Assembly: GCA_052279835.1 (NCBI GenBank)
Contig: CP181291.1
Span: forward strand, 4,864,001 to 4,928,000
Length of the DNA: 64,000 nt
Direction: 5' to 3'
From: Microcoleus sp.
Lineage (GTDB): Bacteria > Cyanobacteriota > Cyanobacteriia > Cyanobacteriales > Microcoleaceae
Shown: positions 58,479-64,000 of the stretch, piece after piece
How positions within the stretch are numbered: the stretch's first letter is position 1
Layout: every line of letters starts with the position of its first letter
The notes under the pieces: model-generated
What the model was told of the DNA's origin: nothing
What the model saw: only the letters and a program-made list of their open reading frames with translations
Databases searched by the model: none
Position numbers and translations under genes: made by a program

Positions 58479-60353
58479 ATGCGACTCTCTCAAATGCTTT
58501 TTGTCACCCTCCGGGAAGACCCAGCAGAAGCAGAAATTCCCAGCCACAAACTATTACTCCGTGCGGGATACATCCGCCGCATAGGTAGTGGGATTTACGC
58601 TTATTTGCCTCTAATGTGGCGAGTTCTCAAAAAAGTCTCCCAAATTGTGCGCGAAGAAATGGACGCTACTGGCGCTCAAGAATGCCTGTTACCACAACTG
58701 CAACCTGCCGATTTGTGGCGGGAATCGGGGCGCTGGGATACCTACACTCAAGCTGAAGGTATCATGTTTGCTCTCACAGACCGTCGCGATACAGAATTGG
58801 GATTGGGTCCAACTCACGAAGAAGTAATTACTACAGTTGCTAAAGATATGATTCGTTCTTATCGGCAATTGCCTACACATCTGTATCAAATTCAAACTAA
58901 ATTTCGTGATGAAATTCGCCCCCGTTTTGGCTTGATGCGCGGTCGTGAATTCATTATGAAGGATGGCTATTCTTTCCACTCTAGCGAAGAAAGCCTGAAA
59001 AAAACTTATCAGGATATGGCTCAAGCTTACAGCAATATGCTGAGGCGCTCTGGCTTGCAATTCCGAGCAGTAGATGCTGATTCGGGAGCCATTGGGGGTT
59101 CTGGTTCCCAAGAGTTTATGGTGTTGGCGGAAGCTGGGGAAGATGAAGTTCTTTACACCGAAGATGGTCAGTATGCTGCTAATTTAGAAAAGGCTGTGTC
59201 TATACCTGCTGATGCCAAAAATTCCCCTTTTACAAATTTTGAAAAGCGAGAAACACCGGGAACAGAAACCATTGAAAAACTCTGTAAGTTTCTCAATTGT
59301 TCTCCTACTCAAGTTGTCAAAAATGTACTTTATGAGGCAGTTTATGACAGCGGTACGACTGTATTGGTACTGGTCAGCCTTCGTGGCGACCAAGATGTCA
59401 ATCAGGTAAAATTGCTGAATGAATTAACCAAATTAGCGGGAAATTATCAAGCAAAAAATATCCTATTTTTGACTGTTCCAGATGCGGAAGCTCAGCAAAA
59501 ATGGGCCGCTAAATCTTTGCCTCTGGGTTATATGGCTCCTGATGTTGCTGATGATTACATTGCCTCGAACCCCCCCCAACCCCCCCTTGGTAAGGGGGGA
59601 CAACAAGACTCAAATTCCCCCCTTGGTAAGGGGGGGCAGGGGGGGGTATCTCCCAAGTTTTTGCGTTTAGTCGATCGCACCGCAGTTGACTTGACAAACT
59701 TTGTCACTGGCTCGAACGAATCAGGATACCACGTTGTGGGAGCAAATTGGGGCAAAGAATTTGACCTACCGAGTTTAGCAGTAGATGTCAGGAAGGCCAA
59801 AAAAGGCGATCGGGCTGTGCACAATCCCGAACAAACACTGCAAACAGCCAGAGGCATCGAAGTCGGGCACATCTTTCAATTAGGGACAAAATATTCTCAA
59901 GCAATGGGCGCTACCTACACCAACGAACAAGGCGAAGAAATGCCCTTAGTTATGGGTTGTTACGGCGTTGGTGTGTCGCGGTTAGCTCAATCTGCCGTAG
60001 AACAATCCTACGACAAAGACGGGATAATTTGGCCAGTGGCGATCGCCCCCTATCACGTTATCATCAGCATCCCCAATATTTCCGACACTCAACAAGTCGA
60101 AGTCGCCGAAAAACTCTACGCAGAACTCAATCAATCTGGCATTGAAACTCTGTTAGATGACCGCGATGAACGTGCAGGAGTTAAATTCAAAGATGCGGAT
60201 TTAATCGGCATTCCCTATCGAATTGTTCCCGGTCGTTCCCTGAAATCGGGTAAAGTTGAAGTAGTTGAAAGATCGACTCACAAATCCCAAGAAATTCTCA
60301 TTGAAGAAGTAAATTCTACCTTGAAACAATGGATTAAGGAAGCTATCCAATGA
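58479..60353 (+). CDS. proS: proline--tRNA ligase
   Basis: [47 protein letters not shown]. Confidence 0.97.
   Translation: MRLSQMLFVTLREDPAEAEIPSHKLLLRAGYIRRIGSGIYAYLPLMWRVLKKVSQIVREEMDATGAQECLLPQLQPADLWRESGRWDTYTQAEGIMFALTDRRDTELGLGPTHEEVITTVAKDMIRSYRQLPTHLYQIQTKFRDEIRPRFGLMRGREFIMKDGYSFHSSEESLKKTYQDMAQAYSNMLRRSGLQFRAVDADSGAIGGSGSQEFMVLAEAGEDEVLYTEDGQYAANLEKAVSIPADAKNSPFTNFEKRETPGTETIEKLCKFLNCSPTQVVKNVLYEAVYDSGTTVLVLVSLRGDQDVNQVKLLNELTKLAGNYQAKNILFLTVPDAEAQQKWAAKSLPLGYMAPDVADDYIASNPPQPPLGKGGQQDSNSPLGKGGQGGVSPKFLRLVDRTAVDLTNFVTGSNESGYHVVGANWGKEFDLPSLAVDVRKAKKGDRAVHNPEQTLQTARGIEVGHIFQLGTKYSQAMGATYTNEQGEEMPLVMGCYGVGVSRLAQSAVEQSYDKDGIIWPVAIAPYHVIISIPNISDTQQVEVAEKLYAELNQSGIETLLDDRDERAGVKFKDADLIGIPYRIVPGRSLKSGKVEVVERSTHKSQEILIEEVNSTLKQWIKEAIQ
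59568..59646. repeat. SDR-type CCCCCCTT-GGT-AAGGGGGG repeat pair inserted in frame in proS
   Basis: Two hairpin units encoding [26 protein letters not shown]; related units are intergenic elsewhere in the window. Confidence 0.85.
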
Positions 60354-60370
60354 CAAAATTTCCGGGAATT

Positions 60371-60613
60371 TAAGGTTAGTAGTAAGGACTTAATTCCTTT
60401 ACTGTGAAAAATTAAAGCAATAAAGTCCTCACTACCAACGATATTTTCATCAGAGCTAAGGTTCGTAGTCAAGACTTCAGTCCGTTCGTGTTAGGATGGA
60501 CAGGACTATAGTCCTCACTACAAACGATATTTTCATCGGGGCTAAGGTTCGTAGCAAGGACTTCAGTTCTTTCCTGTTAGCATGGATAGGACTAAAGTCC
60601 TCACTACAAACGA
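60371..60613. repeat. three tandem 86-bp units of a REP-like element (GTAG..AGGACTT / AAGTCCTCACTAC)
   Basis: TAAGGTT at 60371/60457/60543 and TAAAGTCCTCACTAC-like at 60421/60507/60593; single copies at ~41085 and 62727-62785. Confidence 0.88.
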
Positions 60614-60675
60614 TGTTTTTTAATCTTATTTTATCAATGGCATCAAATGAATTAATTTAAATTATCCAACTAAGT

Positions 60676-62727
60676 ATGAACCCAAACAATAGTCAGTTGA
60701 GTCGATTTATTCAATCTCTAAATTGGCAATATTTAGGCAAAGTAGCTGCCATTGCCCTCGTTTATATTTTAGGAGCCAAACTGGCAGTTTCCATTCCCGG
60801 AATCAATAAATTAGCTACCTGCGTCTGGCCCCCCGCAGGAATTGCGCAAGCTGCACTGTTATTGTTTGGGTGGCGCTTTTGGCCAGGAGTAGCGTTAGGG
60901 GTTTTCTTTTTTGAAAAAATCGACATGAATGTCTCCTTAATCCTGTCATTAGTCTCTGCTTGTTGTGCTTGTTTGCAAGCTTTGTGCGCCTTTATTTTAC
61001 TAAATAAATTAAAGTTTCGCCAGTCACTGGAGCGGCTGATAGATGTTGTCAATTTAATTTTTTGTGGTGCCGTAGTTGCTACTCAAATCAACTGCACTCT
61101 GGGGACAATACGCTTATGTTTAACTGGTCTAGTTGAGTGGAGAGAATATTGGGAAATTAGGTGGAATTGGTATCTGGGAGATACGTTAGGAGTTTTGATT
61201 TTTGCTCCCATGTTGTTGATTTTATACCAAAAACCAGCAATAGCCGATCGCCAAATTAGCACCATCAATCGCATCTGGGCGGGAATAGGCCTGATGTCAT
61301 TAATCGCAGTCAGTTGGGTAGTATATAGTTCCAAAGCAACGCCTACTTTTTCCGGGTATCCCCTGGAATACTTGCCATTTCCCTTAGTAATTTGGGCGAC
61401 AATTCAATTCGGTCAACGTGGTGCTGTCATATCATCTTTCCTAGTATCCAGCATCGCGATTTGGGGGGGGTCTCAGGGTGCTGGCCCTTTTATTGCTAAA
61501 GCACAAAGTATCAATCAAGCAATCTTATTTTTGCAGGCTTTTATGAGCGTAATTGTGATTACCTCTCTGCTGTTGGCCGCAACTGTAGCGGAACGTGCTT
61601 CAGCGGAAAATGCACTGCGACAAAGCGAAATTAAGTATCGGGAATTAGTGGAAAATGCTAATAGCATTATTTTAAAATTAGACCGGGTAGGAAATATTAC
61701 CTTTTTCAACGAATTTGCCCAGAATTTTTTTGGTTATGAAGAAGAAGAAATACTAGGTAAAAATGCAGTAGGAACAATTATCCCCCCTACAGATACCATA
61801 GGAAACGACTTGACAGTAAAGTTGAGAGATATTTTACAAAATCCCGAAAAGTATACGCGCAATGAAAATGAAAGTATCCGGCGTAGTGGCGATCGCGTTT
61901 GGGTATCCTGGGCAAATAAACCGCTGTTTGACGAGGCAGGAAAGTTCGCAGGAATGCTGGCAATCGGTACGGATATCACAGACCGCAGGCGGGCAGAAAT
62001 GGAGCTTTACAAGCTGAATGAAGAGTTAGAATTTAGAGTGAAAGAACGGACTAATGCTCTGAATGATACTTTAAGTGCACTGCGAGTGCAGCAGGAACAA
62101 TCAGAACGGTTGTTGTTGAATATTTTACCAGAACAAATAGCCGAGCGTTTAAAGCAAGGAGACAGTACCATCGCCGATACTTTTGCTGAGGTTACTGTTT
62201 TATTTGCCGACATCGTAGGTTTTACCCAACTCAGTGCGAGAGTTTCTCCAACGGAATTAGTTTCCTTGTTAAATGAAATTTTTTCCACCTTCGATCACCT
62301 AGCAGAAAGACACGGTTTGGAAAAAATTAAGACAATTGGTGATGCTTACATGGTAGTAGGAGGACTGCCAATTCCTTGCTTAGATCATGCAGAAAAAATC
62401 GCCCAAATGGCCATAGATATGCAACAGGCAATTACCGAATTTAGTAAGCAGCACAATCAACTTTTTAGCATCAGAATCGGCATCAACACAGGTCCGGTGG
62501 TGGCGGGAGTGATTGGGATTAAAAAATTCATCTATGATTTGTGGGGAGACACTGTTAATACCGCTTCCCGCATGGAATCCCACGGCTTGCCAGGGAGCAT
62601 TCAGGTGACATCCACAACCTATCATAAATTGCAGGAAAAGTATATATTTGAAATTCGTCCTGCAATCGAAGTTAAAGGCAAAGGTGTGATGGATACTTAT
62701 TTATTAAAAAGTAGAAATCAGTATTAA
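60676..62727 (+). CDS. MASE1-PAS class III adenylate/guanylate cyclase
   Basis: VWPPAG and W.WYLGD MASE1 motifs; PAS; LFADIVGFT, KIKTIGDAYM, YDLWGDTVNTASRMES (K/D suggests ATP specificity). Confidence 0.93.
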   Translation: MNPNNSQLSRFIQSLNWQYLGKVAAIALVYILGAKLAVSIPGINKLATCVWPPAGIAQAALLLFGWRFWPGVALGVFFFEKIDMNVSLILSLVSACCACLQALCAFILLNKLKFRQSLERLIDVVNLIFCGAVVATQINCTLGTIRLCLTGLVEWREYWEIRWNWYLGDTLGVLIFAPMLLILYQKPAIADRQISTINRIWAGIGLMSLIAVSWVVYSSKATPTFSGYPLEYLPFPLVIWATIQFGQRGAVISSFLVSSIAIWGGSQGAGPFIAKAQSINQAILFLQAFMSVIVITSLLLAATVAERASAENALRQSEIKYRELVENANSIILKLDRVGNITFFNEFAQNFFGYEEEEILGKNAVGTIIPPTDTIGNDLTVKLRDILQNPEKYTRNENESIRRSGDRVWVSWANKPLFDEAGKFAGMLAIGTDITDRRRAEMELYKLNEELEFRVKERTNALNDTLSALRVQQEQSERLLLNILPEQIAERLKQGDSTIADTFAEVTVLFADIVGFTQLSARVSPTELVSLLNEIFSTFDHLAERHGLEKIKTIGDAYMVVGGLPIPCLDHAEKIAQMAIDMQQAITEFSKQHNQLFSIRIGINTGPVVAGVIGIKKFIYDLWGDTVNTASRMESHGLPGSIQVTSTTYHKLQEKYIFEIRPAIEVKGKGVMDTYLLKSRNQY

Positions 62728-62804
62728 AGACTAAAGTCCTTACTACCAACCTAAACAAGAGGTTTGTAGTAAGGACTTTAGTCCTTTCTTGGTCCTGAAA
62801 TTTC

Positions 62805-63041
62805 TTACATTTTGTAGAGGTTAATTCCAGCTTCCTTCGCCATAATTTCCAAACCCTTGTGTTGCAAGGTTTTAATGGCCTTTGTGGAAAGGTGAAGTTT
62901 CACCCAGCGTTTCTCCTGTGGCCACCAAACCCGCTTCCACTGTAAATTTGCTTCTTGCAACTTGTGAGTGCGGTGGTGTGAGTGAGAAACTGCAAAACCA
63001 TTATTCGCTTTCTTCCCCGTTAGCTGACATTTCCGTGACAT
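62805..63041 (-). CDS. rpmB: 50S ribosomal protein L28
   Basis: [22 protein letters not shown]...NLQWKR; ATG 63041 after GGAGG. Confidence 0.96.
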   Translation of the reverse strand: MSRKCQLTGKKANNGFAVSHSHHRTHKLQEANLQWKRVWWPQEKRWVKLHLSTKAIKTLQHKGLEIMAKEAGINLYKM

Positions 63042-63199
63042 ATTGCCCTCCAGATTAGTGTTTTTTGCGTGCAGCCTTTCATTATAGCCGAAGGAAGAAG
63101 AAAGAAGAAAGAAGCCTTGATTTATCCCTTTATCAGTGGAAATAAACTCTGGCTCCTTCCTCTGGTTCCCCACCTTAGCAAGGGAGGGTTGGGGGTTAA

Positions 63200-64000
63200 T
63201 TACAGTGCACGTTCGGTCAATTTTGTCAATACTTGATTCGATCGCTCCACAAACTCCTTCATCCCCTCAGCATCAAAACCCTTCTGAGCCATCAGGGCCA
63301 AGTCGTAAACGTGGTGACAAATCATGCTCGCCAATTGGGCCGACGGAGACTCGCCACCGCCTTGAATAATCGAACCTTGACTCAAATTAGCCAGATTTTG
63401 AATCAACGGGTGGGCTGTATTCACCAGCAAAACGTGCTCTTCGGGGAATTCGGCCGCTTGCTGCTGTAATAAAGCTGTCATGTCGCGCATCCGGCGCAAA
63501 GCTTCCGGTAACAGGACGATCGCAGGTGGTGTCGCTTCCGCAGCGTCTGACTTTAATGCTTCTGTGCGGATATTCACTTTTGGCTTATTCAGAGCTTTTT
63601 GGAACAATTCTTTAACTTGTTCGCTGCGAGTTTTATTGGTAGTCGGATCGACAATTTCCGCTTCTTTTTCTTTGTCAATGAGGGTATCATCTAAGTCGGA
63701 ATCCACTCGCGAGAATTTGACATCGGAATATTCTCGTTCGAGGAAACTAATGAAGTGCGTGTCAATGAAAGAATCCATGAACAACACTTCTAAACCTTGG
63801 CTTTTGTGCAGTGCGACGTAAGTTGCTTGTGATGCCGGCTCTGTACAGTAAAATACGCGATTTTCGTGACGTTTTTGATTGCGTTCTAAATACTCTTTCA
63901 GGGTGGTGTAAGGCTGGGTTGAACCGGAAGTTTCGGACTTGGGAGTGACATCTTTCCACAAATCTCCTTCCTCAGCTTGCACCTGCACTTCTGGTGTCTC
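63200..64000 (-). CDS. htpG: HtpG (Hsp90) chaperone, C-terminal part (5' end outside window)
   Basis: [38 protein letters not shown]. Confidence 0.92.
   Translation of the reverse strand, partial: ETPEVQVQAEEGDLWKDVTPKSETSGSTQPYTTLKEYLERNQKRHENRVFYCTEPASQATYVALHKSQGLEVLFMDSFIDTHFISFLEREYSDVKFSRVDSDLDDTLIDKEKEAEIVDPTTNKTRSEQVKELFQKALNKPKVNIRTEALKSDAAEATPPAIVLLPEALRRMRDMTALLQQQAAEFPEEHVLLVNTAHPLIQNLANLSQGSIIQGGGESPSAQLASMICHHVYDLALMAQKGFDAEGMKEFVERSNQVLTKLTERAL

Noticed and set aside
60371..60613. CRISPR array
   Set aside because: The repeats are degenerate, the intervening sequences resemble each other, the family is dispersed elsewhere, and there are no cas genes

Overview
This is a cyanobacterial chromosome segment. 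Dense HIP1 GCGATCGC octamers, heptamer tandem repeats, REP/SDR-type dispersed repeats, an OCP-N carotenoid protein and Uma2 genes suggest a filamentous Oscillatoriales genome such as Microcoleus/Tychonema (inference). Bases 1-23.1 kb are a single-strand (minus) surface-glycan / rare-sugar locus that runs off the left edge. It encodes a cytidylyltransferase-PfkB kinase, a frameshifted GmhB, two NDP-sugar epimerase/dehydratases, a stand-alone TPP E1 alpha/beta pair, two DegT aminotransferases, two 2OG-Fe(II) oxygenases and methyltransferases. It also has three consecutive TPR-fused tailoring enzymes (O-methyltransferase, sulfotransferase, putative glycosyltransferase). Bases 23.9-35 kb are mostly housekeeping (gap2, nadD, murC, murB, ybaB/ebfC, pgi, dusB, argF), with an orphan IS200/IS605 tnpB-tail/right-end (omega-RNA-like) remnant. 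Bases 35-58 kb are accessory: GHL10 hydrolase, AmpG, two lipase-RTX paralogs, a half-size HPPD-like protein next to a NovR/CloR-like class II aldolase, rubredoxin + BaiN, and ChaB/HCP/repeat-protein stress genes sharing a palindromic upstream motif. The window ends with proS (carrying an in-frame repeat insertion), a MASE1-PAS adenylate cyclase, rpmB and partial htpG. No rRNA, tRNA or CRISPR array was seen. All family calls are from motif recognition by eye, not database searches.
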